From IMG/VR virus record IMGVR_UViG_3300030433_002207, positions 1 through 44,587 of that record: a DNA stretch of 44,587 nucleotides. One strand, 5' to 3'. This stretch comes from a virus. Its lineage: Duplodnaviria; Caudoviricetes. The notes under the pieces were generated by a model that did not search any database, was not told where the DNA came from, and saw only the letters and a list, made by a program, of their open reading frames with translations. Shown here in pieces: positions 34,947-43,847 of the stretch. A program made the position numbers and the translations under genes. Position 1 is the first letter of the stretch. Every line of letters begins with the position of its first letter.

Positions 34947-35762
34947 TTAGGTTGTTACCGTAAGTGTATTAGCACCGTGATGTACAACCAACCACGATGA
35001 ACCATCGGCATAGCATTCAATAAACGCTCCAAGTTTTTCACTTGAAGTCGAAATAGCTACTGCGTCAGCATCAATATCGTTAAATGTAATCATCTTATCT
35101 GAAGCAGCGTTAATGATTACGTTTTGATCAGCAGCGACATAAAAGCCATAGCGAAGTCCTGCTTTTGGTGTAGTAGGAAGAGTGAACTCAACCTCACCCG
35201 AAGCACCTCGATTAGTAAATAGAACATCGTGTTCTGCTTCAAGCACAGTATGATCAGCAGTCTTAGCAACTACGTTGCGATAACCACCAAAGCTATTACC
35301 TTCAAGTTGATCCGAGAAAGTAAATCGTTTGTTAAGCTGTGCGCGAATCAGGTGTTCATTCGCATTACCGGAGATACCAGTGCTGGCTTGGCCCGGAATG
35401 AGAATGCGATCAGCCTTGAGGTAACCCCAAACGTAAACCCAACCTAACCAACGATCAGCATTGCTGCCCATTCGTTGCATTTTCTGGGAGTAGCCGAGGA
35501 CACCGTAAATTTCCTGCGTACCGTCTGTTGCAGCAGGGTTCCATTCTTTCAGCTTACCGCTGGAAGTGACACGACCTAAAAGTAGGCCCGGACGCAATAC
35601 ATCCGTGTAGCCTGAGTTTCCTGAGTCTCTTGCAGACCCATCAATGATTGAACCGATGAACGCTTCTTGCTCAAATCGTCCCCACCAGAAAACATTTTCA
35701 GATGTTTCCAGTGCAGCTTGTACAGAAGGGAGTCCAAAGGCTCCAGTGAATTCGAAAGACAT
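34947..35762 (-). CDS. Head decoration protein (gpD-like) with an extra C-terminal domain
   Basis: LRPGLLLGRVTSSGK...W...ATDG...GVL; C-terminal FTLP...G..Y.F domain. Confidence 0.7.
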   Translation of the reverse strand: MSFEFTGAFGLPSVQAALETSENVFWWGRFEQEAFIGSIIDGSARDSGNSGYTDVLRPGLLLGRVTSSGKLKEWNPAATDGTQEIYGVLGYSQKMQRMGSNADRWLGWVYVWGYLKADRILIPGQASTGISGNANEHLIRAQLNKRFTFSDQLEGNSFGGYRNVVAKTADHTVLEAEHDVLFTNRGASGEVEFTLPTTPKAGLRYGFYVAADQNVIINAASDKMITFNDIDADAVAISTSSEKLGAFIECYADGSSWLVVHHGANTLTVTT

Positions 35763-35795
35763 ATTCCTTTTACCTCTTCACTAAAGGGGACAAAA

Positions 35796-37109
35796 TTAGC
35801 TAGCGTGGCCAGTGTTTTTCAGGAATTCCAAAGCAACATCGTCAGGGTTTAGCCCTTCTCCTGCTACTGGATTCTTTTCTTCCTGCAAGTTGATTCCTGC
35901 TGGAAGACCTGAAACACCTGACTGTGACATAGCCAAAGCGAGTTTGTTAAGATCCTGACTGGAATTGCTTCCACCCAAAATATTCGTTGTAAGTGATGGA
36001 GCAGCTTCAAGAGCGTCCATGATCTGTGCAGCAGCACATTCAGATACACTTCCGTCTTCGCCGAACGACATCTGGAAACCATCGATTGATGGATTCAGGT
36101 GCTGTGCAGCGTATTCTTCCGTGATCTTGCCTTCTGCAATGAGACTATCTCGACGGGAAGCGAGTTGTTCTTTGTGCTGATTCCCAATGTGACCCATCAA
36201 GAAATTGACGGTCTTCTGGGCAGCTTGGAACTTAGGATGAGACATTACTACCTCTTCCAACTGCTTATCGTCGGAGGATGCCTCTATTTCTTTTGCATTT
36301 TCTTGTGACATAGCAACTGGGGCAGGTTGTTCTTTTGCCCCCTCCGGTGGTTTAGAAACAGATTTATCTTCTGGATGCTCAGAAGCCTTCTTCTGACGTA
36401 AAGCAACCAAAAGTCTTTCCATAAAATTAGTGTCATTGGTATCTTCAGGCAAATCAATCATGACTGCTCGAAGAGCCTCTAACAATGCGGGAACTCCATT
36501 TTGAGAGTTCTCACGATCAGGGCTAACTCCAACAGGGTTAGAGCTAACTTGTTCTTCAGCTTTTTCTGGCGATGCCATTTCTAGTGGCTCCGTTAAATGT
36601 GACATGGAGATAGCCAGTCCTGACTCGTCTCCAACGGGCGTAAAGTTACCCTGTCCGTTTTCAATTGGATGAGTAACCAAAGCTATATGCATTAAAGAGT
36701 CCTGCCATTTATTTCCTGAACCGTCTTCAAAGTCAGGTCGGACATAAATAGAGGTCTCTTTGACATTAGTTCCAATTTTAACAGCATCTGCACTCTGAGG
36801 AACATCTAATTCTCCCCAGAGAGTACCGTCTTCTACCCAAAGTTTATCCCACCAACCTGCGTTGATGTCACTTCTGGGGAGGGTTCCGTCATTACCGACA
36901 GACATTGGAAGAGCTTCTTTGCTGTGATTCCAAGGAGCAGGTACGGAAACACCCGCCTCTTTCATCTTATCAAATTGAGCTTTCCAATGAGCTAGTCTCT
37001 CTTGATTGATTTTTACTTTTCTTGGAACGTCACCCGGTATGGTATAAACTCCAGTAGTGACGATAGGTTTTTTGAATCGCATATGAGATATCTTCCTCGC
37101 TGAATTCAT
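35796..37109 (-). CDS. Prohead protease/scaffold (Mu gpI-like)
   Basis: WNH...AGW...LW...TSIYV...HIALVTHP; charged low-complexity scaffold C-terminus; start may be 37082. Confidence 0.75.
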   Translation of the reverse strand: MNSARKISHMRFKKPIVTTGVYTIPGDVPRKVKINQERLAHWKAQFDKMKEAGVSVPAPWNHSKEALPMSVGNDGTLPRSDINAGWWDKLWVEDGTLWGELDVPQSADAVKIGTNVKETSIYVRPDFEDGSGNKWQDSLMHIALVTHPIENGQGNFTPVGDESGLAISMSHLTEPLEMASPEKAEEQVSSNPVGVSPDRENSQNGVPALLEALRAVMIDLPEDTNDTNFMERLLVALRQKKASEHPEDKSVSKPPEGAKEQPAPVAMSQENAKEIEASSDDKQLEEVVMSHPKFQAAQKTVNFLMGHIGNQHKEQLASRRDSLIAEGKITEEYAAQHLNPSIDGFQMSFGEDGSVSECAAAQIMDALEAAPSLTTNILGGSNSSQDLNKLALAMSQSGVSGLPAGINLQEEKNPVAGEGLNPDDVALEFLKNTGHAS

Positions 37110-37208
37110 TTTATAGGTTATCTTGTGTAATAATAAAGAGAACCTATCTGCTAACAGGATAATTTGTTAGCTAATTTCTTGTCAAGTAATCATATACAGG
37201 GACAGACC

Positions 37209-38549
37209 ATGGGACTTAGCTCCGCTCAGTATACAAACTTGTTCGAAATAATCGGTGAGTATGTACAAAGAATCAATGACTTTGTGACCATTATATCCGA
37301 TTTAGAAACAGACCGTACTCAAATTGAAACAGAAATGCAGGCTAACTCTGCTCCGATAGATCTTTATCGAGACAACACTGATGTCTTTGATGGATTCAAA
37401 TCATCTGCTCTATCGTGGATCGATACGTTAACCAGCAAAGTTACCGATGTGCTTAATAACGATGAACTGGTGTTAGATAACTTTAACACTACTTCTGGTT
37501 GGGACGGCATTCTTATTGAACTCATCGCAGATATGAATGCCAGTTCACAAACGATAAAAAGCAGCACAGTGACTATTGGATCTGTAACTGCCAGCAAGAC
37601 TAATGCCACTGCGGGGACCGTTCTTCTGGACAAGGTTCTCGATGGACATAACGCTCCTTCTTCCGCATTCTCTGCTTATGAAGACTACAACGAAGTTGAT
37701 AGTGAGCTTGCTCCGACTTCAGATTCCCTACAAATTATTTGTGTTCGTGATTCGGTGACTGGTAATGCCACTCTCGATCAGGAAGCATTTGAATGGGGTG
37801 GAAGTATCGGTTCAGAGGAGTACACCACAGAAAGTAGTGGGTCTAACGCAGGCCCTACCTTACGTCCTCTGGATTCAAAGACTGCCAGTTACTTTACAAA
37901 TGCTGGTTTTGAAACATGGACAGATGCCTCGACACTTGGGACATGGTCTAGTGACCTTACTCCAGATCCAACAAGATCTGCGTCTCCCTACAAAGGGACT
38001 TATGCACTTTCATTTGTTGGGAACGGATCAGCAGCTTGGAAGATCTCACAAGCTCTAGCAGCTAGTGCTGTAAACAGATATCGACGATATTGCCTTGCCT
38101 GCTATGTCAAAGGTGATGCTACGATCACATCAGGTGAGCTTGAAATTACTTTCGAAGGTACAGACTTTACAGCATCGTCTACTGAAAAGATATCGATGGA
38201 TGCTTCAGCTTTGGCTGCTGCTACCAGTTACACATTGAAGCACTTCTACATCAATATGCCCACTGAAATTCCTTCAGATTTCAAACTAGTCATTAACATG
38301 ACCAACACGTTAACAAGTGCTGCTGTTGTATCAATTGATGCATTGAACTTTGGTCCTGTTGACTACCATGGAGGTATCAACGCAGTTGTAATCTCTGGTG
38401 CAGGTAAGTTTAGGAAAGATGATAACTTTACCTTCTCAGTGACTAACAATGATTCTGGTGTTTTCCAGACTTTCTTCCGAAAAGGAATTGGGGTACAACT
38501 TCCCTCCGCAGGAAGCCCTACAATTGCGGATTCATTAGCTAGCGACTAG
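37209..38549 (+). CDS. Putative virion protein with a C-terminal carbohydrate-binding-like jelly roll
   Basis: Helical N-terminus; FTNAGFETW...YCLACYVK...IDA pattern; acidic and S/T-rich. Confidence 0.5.
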   Translation: MGLSSAQYTNLFEIIGEYVQRINDFVTIISDLETDRTQIETEMQANSAPIDLYRDNTDVFDGFKSSALSWIDTLTSKVTDVLNNDELVLDNFNTTSGWDGILIELIADMNASSQTIKSSTVTIGSVTASKTNATAGTVLLDKVLDGHNAPSSAFSAYEDYNEVDSELAPTSDSLQIICVRDSVTGNATLDQEAFEWGGSIGSEEYTTESSGSNAGPTLRPLDSKTASYFTNAGFETWTDASTLGTWSSDLTPDPTRSASPYKGTYALSFVGNGSAAWKISQALAASAVNRYRRYCLACYVKGDATITSGELEITFEGTDFTASSTEKISMDASALAAATSYTLKHFYINMPTEIPSDFKLVINMTNTLTSAAVVSIDALNFGPVDYHGGINAVVISGAGKFRKDDNFTFSVTNNDSGVFQTFFRKGIGVQLPSAGSPTIADSLASD

Positions 38550-38557
38550 GAGACAGT

Positions 38558-39475
38558 ATGGCTACTGCCAAATTCGAACCAACATATGCTGTTACTAAAT
38601 CCTCACGAAATGTTTTCAACGTAAGATGTACTCCAAAAGGTACACTTAGTAAGTGGGAGCAGTGGTTTTTATTAACTTCCGACCGACACTGGGATAACCC
38701 CAAAAGTGATTGGGAACTTCAGGAAAAACATCTAGAACAGGCACGAGAACGAAACGCAGGAATTATTGACTGTGGTGACTTCTTCTGTGCCATGCAGGGG
38801 AAGTATGACCCGAGATCCTCGAAAGCAGATATCCGAGAGGAGCATAAGGTTCCTGAGTATTTGGACGCTCTGGTGGACACTGCTTCTGATTTTTTTCTAC
38901 CCTACGCTGATCAGTTTATTGTCATTGCTCGGGGTAACCATGAAGCCTCTATCTTAAAACGTCAGGAGACTGACTTAATTGAAAGATTGACTACTCAGCT
39001 TAAGTATCGAACAAACCACAGAATTCACAATGGTGGGTACTCTGGCTTTGTAAGATTTTCGATAAATGACCCTAATACAAAAAGGGTTTCAGGACGCACG
39101 TTGATTTTGCATTACTCCCATGGTGCAGGTGGTGGTGGTCCAGTGACCAAAGGCGTTATCAAAACTGCTCGTAAGGCTGTTTACCTACCTGACCCGCACA
39201 TCGTTATTAGTGGTCACATTCACGAATCGTGGAAAGTCGATCTGATGCGATTACGTTTAGGTAAAAAAGGAACCTATCACGATAAACAAACGCATCTATG
39301 TATTCCGACTTACAAAGAAGAATTCAAAGACGGTTACGATGGCTGGCATGTAGAACGAGGTGCGCCTCCTAAGCCAATCGGAGCATACTGGTTAAGATTG
39401 TTCTACGTTGCAAAACGAGACGAAGAATTGGGAGTTTCTAAATACATTGATTACGAGATCTTAGAAGCCAAGTAA
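38558..39475 (+). CDS. Calcineurin-like metallophosphoesterase
   Basis: SDRH, GDFF, GNHE, HG and GHIH motifs. Confidence 0.85.
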   Translation: MATAKFEPTYAVTKSSRNVFNVRCTPKGTLSKWEQWFLLTSDRHWDNPKSDWELQEKHLEQARERNAGIIDCGDFFCAMQGKYDPRSSKADIREEHKVPEYLDALVDTASDFFLPYADQFIVIARGNHEASILKRQETDLIERLTTQLKYRTNHRIHNGGYSGFVRFSINDPNTKRVSGRTLILHYSHGAGGGGPVTKGVIKTARKAVYLPDPHIVISGHIHESWKVDLMRLRLGKKGTYHDKQTHLCIPTYKEEFKDGYDGWHVERGAPPKPIGAYWLRLFYVAKRDEELGVSKYIDYEILEAK

Positions 39476-40981
39476 TCAGAACACTGACGGAAGATCATCC
39501 ATGTAGAGTTCGGACATACTCCGCTCCTCATGGGCTGCTTCCCAACTAACTTCTTTCGCTGCGTACGCCAAAGTGTCTATGATGTCGTCGCTTTGATGAG
39601 GGTGGGCTGTCCATGTGAATAATTCTTTCTCACAGTCAGCTAACCAACCTGCGGTTTGAGGAAGCCAGATCTTTCCCTGCTGCATACGGTTCATGGCATC
39701 GGTGGCCCGAACCAGCTTGTCGTAGTGAGGGTGAACAGGTTTAACAGGCAGACCGCACTTCAGGAGCATCTGGTACGCCCCCTTACCTAGTCCAGAGGAT
39801 TCACAGACAAAGTACTGTGGTTGCCACTTCTTGTAAACAGTACGCACTTCCTGAAGGATGTCTGGGATCTCTTTACGGAATCTACGCATGTCTAACCAGA
39901 CGAGGTTGTAGTCCAAGGTGAGTCCGAATGTCGAGATAACTGTATAGCTGGCTTGCTTACGCCAGATGTCTTTGTCCCCCGGCCCTTCTCTTGATGATGC
40001 CGCAGGGTCGATAGTACAGAATATTCTCTGGAGAGAATCAATTGGGTGGGCTTCTCCTTTACCATCCTTGCCCATGCAAATATTTGGTCCACGAACGCTG
40101 TAGTATCTGGCCCACTGTTTCTTGAATCGTGAGTCTGCCGAGATTCCCCAGTCTCCACCCTGTAGCTGTGCGCGTGTGACAGGGTCTAACTGATCCAGAC
40201 CGATGTTGTATTCTTCTTGGTCGAGGAATGGGTTATCGGAGATGTACGCAGGGATGTACGGTCGGTCAGCATGGCGACCTACGTATCTTTGCTTTTCGGG
40301 ATTATCTGGATCGGGTGATGGCCCAATATCGAATCTATCCCGCACCCATTGATGACCCACACCTCCGGGGTTGGATGCTGATCGCATTCGAATAGGGACG
40401 GAAGAACGTAAGTCGCAATCTTTGCAAGTTGGGTCTCGGTCATTTCCGTGTTCAGGACATCGGTTACGCCGGATTCGAGAGAAGAGATACAGATAATCGT
40501 CTTCCCAGTGTTGGGTAAGCTCGTCGAATGCACAGTACTGGAGTTCGATTCCCTGATAGCGGGTGTAGGCATCGGTTTGTCCGATGTACCCGAACGTAAG
40601 CTTCGCAGGCTCCGCAGGATTGCCTTTATCGTCGAATGTAGGAAAGTAATAAGTGTGTTCACCAGCGTTCCATTTCGCAGGAGTGTTTGAGAGCCATGCA
40701 TGAGTACGGTCGAGCAAGGCTCCGGGTTGTTTAAGGTCAGATAATGTCTTACGGAAGATCATAGCAGCGTAGCCCGGAACGTCTACATACTGCAATGCCC
40801 CCATCAGGAGAGCGTCAGACTTACCACCCCCTGCCGCACCCCCATAGAAAGCCTCACGATGAGGTAACATCAGGAATGCTAGTTGTTTCGCCGTAGGATC
40901 ATGAGGAATATAGGCTGTCCACTTAGGACGTAAACCATGGAATACTTGGTCTTTATTCTTAATCTGATCCAGTAGACTCAT
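39476..40981 (-). CDS. terL: Terminase large subunit
   Basis: YGGAAGGGKS, FDELT, SNPGGVGH, IDPA, HQSDDIID. Confidence 0.93.
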   Translation of the reverse strand: MSLLDQIKNKDQVFHGLRPKWTAYIPHDPTAKQLAFLMLPHREAFYGGAAGGGKSDALLMGALQYVDVPGYAAMIFRKTLSDLKQPGALLDRTHAWLSNTPAKWNAGEHTYYFPTFDDKGNPAEPAKLTFGYIGQTDAYTRYQGIELQYCAFDELTQHWEDDYLYLFSRIRRNRCPEHGNDRDPTCKDCDLRSSVPIRMRSASNPGGVGHQWVRDRFDIGPSPDPDNPEKQRYVGRHADRPYIPAYISDNPFLDQEEYNIGLDQLDPVTRAQLQGGDWGISADSRFKKQWARYYSVRGPNICMGKDGKGEAHPIDSLQRIFCTIDPAASSREGPGDKDIWRKQASYTVISTFGLTLDYNLVWLDMRRFRKEIPDILQEVRTVYKKWQPQYFVCESSGLGKGAYQMLLKCGLPVKPVHPHYDKLVRATDAMNRMQQGKIWLPQTAGWLADCEKELFTWTAHPHQSDDIIDTLAYAAKEVSWEAAHEERSMSELYMDDLPSVF

Positions 40982-41180
40982 TCGATTCTTCCTCGATTAG
41001 CTTGTTTAGGTACGCCTGAGCTTTCAAAAGATCCTGCATTGGGTTGTCTTTCAGCTTGTATCTAATTAGATACTTTACCACATTCCCTGCGAGGTAACCT
41101 AATCCGAGGCCATGAATAGCGTCCCATGCCTCCAGTTTGCCTTTGGTGTAGTGTTTCGGGTGATTTACCTGCTCGTTCAC
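40959..41180 (-). CDS. DUF3310 family protein (T7 gp1.7-like)
   Basis: VNHPKHY...GNVVKYLIR...DLLKAQAYL; likely GTG start at 41180. Confidence 0.85.
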   Translation of the reverse strand: MNEQVNHPKHYTKGKLEAWDAIHGLGLGYLAGNVVKYLIRYKLKDNPMQDLLKAQAYLNKLIEEESNESTGSD

Positions 41181-41199
41181 ACCTACACTGATACGGAGA

Positions 41200-41559
41200 T
41201 CATTCGATTTCTTCTGCATAGCCTTCTGCCACCATTGCTTCGTTGACGCAAACCTCATCAGCATACAGGTCGACAAGATATCTCCCGTATTTGCCAGTTC
41301 GGTCTTTGTACGTCTGGCAGGCGAAGTCGCTAGGACCGTCCAGAAGCCATTCTAAGAAGGCTTTGGACTCTAACCCCTCTGGACGCTCTAAACCTCGTAT
41401 CTCGGGGGCGTTGATGCCTTTGAGACGACATGGTTCAGTGACTGAGACGTTAAGTCCAAGGTCTATTTTCAGAACCACCGTGTCCCCATCAATTATTCTC
41501 TGGGGAACACAGCGATAGAAGTAGAAGAGGGCATCTTCACTTAGGGCTTGATCCATCAC
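41200..41559 (-). CDS. Thermonuclease (SNase-like)
   Basis: IIDGDTV, RLKGINAPE, KYGRYL, MVAEGYA. Confidence 0.9.
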   Translation of the reverse strand: MMDQALSEDALFYFYRCVPQRIIDGDTVVLKIDLGLNVSVTEPCRLKGINAPEIRGLERPEGLESKAFLEWLLDGPSDFACQTYKDRTGKYGRYLVDLYADEVCVNEAMVAEGYAEEIE

Positions 41560-41601
41560 TCCCTCGCTAAAGCTTCGGTCGTTATTTATTAATAAGTAAA
41601 G

Positions 41602-41793
41602 TTATTTCTTCTGGGAAGGAGTCGATTTAGGCTTCTTCCACCAGAAAAGGATATGTTTCCAGTATGCTACGAAGGTAACTGGCTTGTATCCGCTGGAAAC
41701 GAGGTACTTGCTGACCATCACCGTATCTTCAGTGAAGGGACCACGTATCACCATGCGATTCTTGACGTAATCTTTGATAAATCTAGTTCTCAT
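41602..41793 (-). CDS. Hypothetical protein
   Basis: ATGA coupling at 41790-41793. Confidence 0.55.
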   Translation of the reverse strand: MRTRFIKDYVKNRMVIRGPFTEDTVMVSKYLVSSGYKPVTFVAYWKHILFWWKKPKSTPSQKK

Positions 41794-42086
41794 AGTCCGA
41801 TTAACCCTTTTGCCTTGTCCAGTAAGCCTGATCCACCGAATTTGGTCAATGCATAGACGACACCTACTGCTATCAGCACCCATTTTATCAAATTGGCTAA
41901 TGCATTGCGTTTAGCAGCGGTGGCGTAGCTTTTTTCCGTCTTGGCGTTGACTTTTGAGACCTTATAGTCGTATTTGTCGCTTTTAGCCTCGGTTTTAGCC
42001 TCTATACGGGAAGATTTAGCGTCAGGTCTGGTGTAATAGCCCTGATCGTCCATATCATCCCTTCTAGTTCGTCTTTTACGAACCAT
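41790..42086 (-). CDS. Basic protein with a C-terminal transmembrane segment
   Basis: WVLIAVGVVYAL hydrophobic stretch. Confidence 0.6.
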   Translation of the reverse strand: MVRKRRTRRDDMDDQGYYTRPDAKSSRIEAKTEAKSDKYDYKVSKVNAKTEKSYATAAKRNALANLIKWVLIAVGVVYALTKFGGSGLLDKAKGLIGL

Positions 42087-42087
42087 T

Positions 42088-42303
42088 TTACTTCTCCGGG
42101 TTCATAGGACGGAAAGAATCACCCAAAATAGCTGCAATAGCGATTCCAGAGATATTTAGAGCCTGTTCTGTGGTTAACCACCCTGTTTCCACGCCAATTG
42201 TGGTGAAAACCGAGGTTATTACTGCTGCAAGCAGTCTTTTTGACTTAGCAGACGCTAACCAGTCACCAATCATGTCTTTTACGTTGTCAATGATCTTGTT
42301 CAT
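42088..42303 (-). CDS. Holin-like two-TM membrane protein
   Basis: KSKRLLAAVI...IAIAAILGDS pattern; 71 aa. Confidence 0.6.
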   Translation of the reverse strand: MNKIIDNVKDMIGDWLASAKSKRLLAAVITSVFTTIGVETGWLTTEQALNISGIAIAAILGDSFRPMNPEK

Positions 42304-42682
42304 CAGTTTTTACCTCTAGTGTCTGATTTTTCTTCTTTGCAACCTCTAGAAGGAAGACCTCAGCCATCCCTATCGCTATTCTAGCGTATTCAGCCTGCAT
42401 GTGTGGATCTCCAAGATTGTGGAGAGGTGCATTCGCCAGAATACCCTCGACGCACCCCTTTAGAGCATTTGCGACTACAGTCTCTTTGTCCAGAGAAAGC
42501 CAGACCTCAATAGGCACTGGGCCTTCACGAGGAAGGACTCGGTCCACTTTAGGCTCTAGTTCGGATAATCGTTCATTGATAGTGGACACTGACTCTGAAA
42601 CCGTTGCCATTGCACTTGCGAGTGCCTGCATCTTTGCTTCCAGAGGATTCTCTTCCGTTTTCTTTGCGGGGGCTTTTGCCAT
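42287..42682 (-). CDS. Hypothetical protein with N-terminal coiled coil
   Basis: ORF track; AGGAG RBS. Confidence 0.65.
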   Translation of the reverse strand: MAKAPAKKTEENPLEAKMQALASAMATVSESVSTINERLSELEPKVDRVLPREGPVPIEVWLSLDKETVVANALKGCVEGILANAPLHNLGDPHMQAEYARIAIGMAEVFLLEVAKKKNQTLEVKTDEQDH

Positions 42683-42698
42683 TGTTGCTACTCCTGTG

Positions 42699-42727
42699 AA
42701 TTAAATTCACGAAATCGTAAGGTATAC
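42699..42727 (+). promoter_or_regulatory. 29-bp repeated motif, copy 5 (AATTAAATTCACGAAATCGTAAGGTATAC)
   Basis: Overlaps the perfect palindrome GTGAATT-A-AATTCAC (42696-42710), immediately upstream of the RBS of 42682. Confidence 0.65.
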
Positions 42728-42817
42728 TATAAAACTATTACTCTGGGTAATATTAATATTTATGTTAATAGACCTCTCCATCTACTATTGTAGAGTCTTC
42801 TGGAGAAGAGATAAAGC

Positions 42818-43048
42818 TTAGTCGGATAATCTTTTGGTTATTTCTTCGACTTCTTGGAGGAGGTTTTTAACCTCCGATATCATTTGACGAGTTTCCTCCT
42901 TCATTGCAAGCATCTGCTCTACCTTAGGGAGGGTAGTTTGCATCATCCCTTCCACCTTCTTGATCATCTCAATTTTTTCCGGGGAGGGGCGTTCGTTGAT
43001 CTCCGTCTCCTGATGGACGAATTCGAATTCCTGTTGTTCTTCAGACAT
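42818..43048 (-). CDS. Coiled-coil hypothetical protein
   Basis: ORF track; AAGGAG RBS. Confidence 0.65.
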   Translation of the reverse strand: MSEEQQEFEFVHQETEINERPSPEKIEMIKKVEGMMQTTLPKVEQMLAMKEETRQMISEVKNLLQEVEEITKRLSD

Positions 43049-43093
43049 GGCTACTCCTTTGCACGACTACAGGGCTACATTACAGCGTCTAGT

Positions 43094-43139
43094 ATACCCC
43101 AAAATTTTTTTTGTGGGGGATACCCCTAAATTTTTTTTG
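43094..43139. repeat. 20-bp direct repeat x2, ATACCCC(A/T)AAATTTTTTTTG
   Basis: Copies at 43094-43113 and 43120-43139; one mismatch. Confidence 0.8.
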
Positions 43140-43201
43140 CAGGTCCTACTAGGGGGCAAATACCACAGAGAGGAGACCAATTGCTTGACCTCCCCCCCTT
43201 C

Positions 43202-43777
43202 TCACTCTACCTCACTTTCTTGCCAAGTGTTCCCGTTGGCTATAGACGGGGTACCCTTGCCACCGATCAACCTATACGTCTTACCCTGTTCAGGCTTTCC
43301 CTTCTCGTTACGTTTGAACTCGACCACAAAACTAGCATAGTCGATTGTCGCGCCGTACTCACTCCCGTCATCGTATCGAGCCATTACCGAAATAGTTGCA
43401 TCGGTTGCCTTGGGGTAATTAGAATAACCCCATGAAACCCAATCGAATATCTTCTCGGTTTTTCGCCACCAGTTTGATGATGGGATGTCCTCAACGTCAG
43501 GCAATGCGTCAGGTTCTTTGTTTTCACGTTTCCCGATATACTCGGGCATATCGACATGCTGAATGTCCCATTCTTCGACGTGTCCATCCTTGTCGCAAAA
43601 TTGAATTTCGACCACGTCATCGAACCAGACCTTGCCATTTTCAAAGTCTTGACGGAAACCATTCTCTCGTAGGAATCTATCGATTGCTAGTTGTAGCTCT
43701 TCCTCAATGGTATGGTATACGGTGTCAGCTTGCTGGTTGAAGAAATCGGTATGAATGTTTAATACTGTGTCAGTCAT
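43202..43777 (-). CDS. Acidic hypothetical protein
   Basis: ORF track; AAGGA RBS. Confidence 0.7.
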   Translation of the reverse strand: MTDTVLNIHTDFFNQQADTVYHTIEEELQLAIDRFLRENGFRQDFENGKVWFDDVVEIQFCDKDGHVEEWDIQHVDMPEYIGKRENKEPDALPDVEDIPSSNWWRKTEKIFDWVSWGYSNYPKATDATISVMARYDDGSEYGATIDYASFVVEFKRNEKGKPEQGKTYRLIGGKGTPSIANGNTWQESEVE

Positions 43778-43813
43778 GTTATTAGTTCCTTAGAATTAAA
43801 GTGAGAAAAAGAA

Positions 43814-43842
43814 TAGGCAGTTTTAAGTCATGCCTAGGACAC
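43814..43842 (-). ncRNA. H-type pseudoknot motif, second copy
   Basis: GTC-C-TAGGCA-T-GAC-TTAAAAC-TGCCTA; covaries with 15264-15291. Confidence 0.6.
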
Positions 43843-43847
43843 CCTAG

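Noticed and set aside
26384-37109. Transposable Mu-like phage
   Set aside because: Several head and neck proteins are Mu-like, but there is no transposase or MuB, and the phage has its own PolA and primase-helicase.
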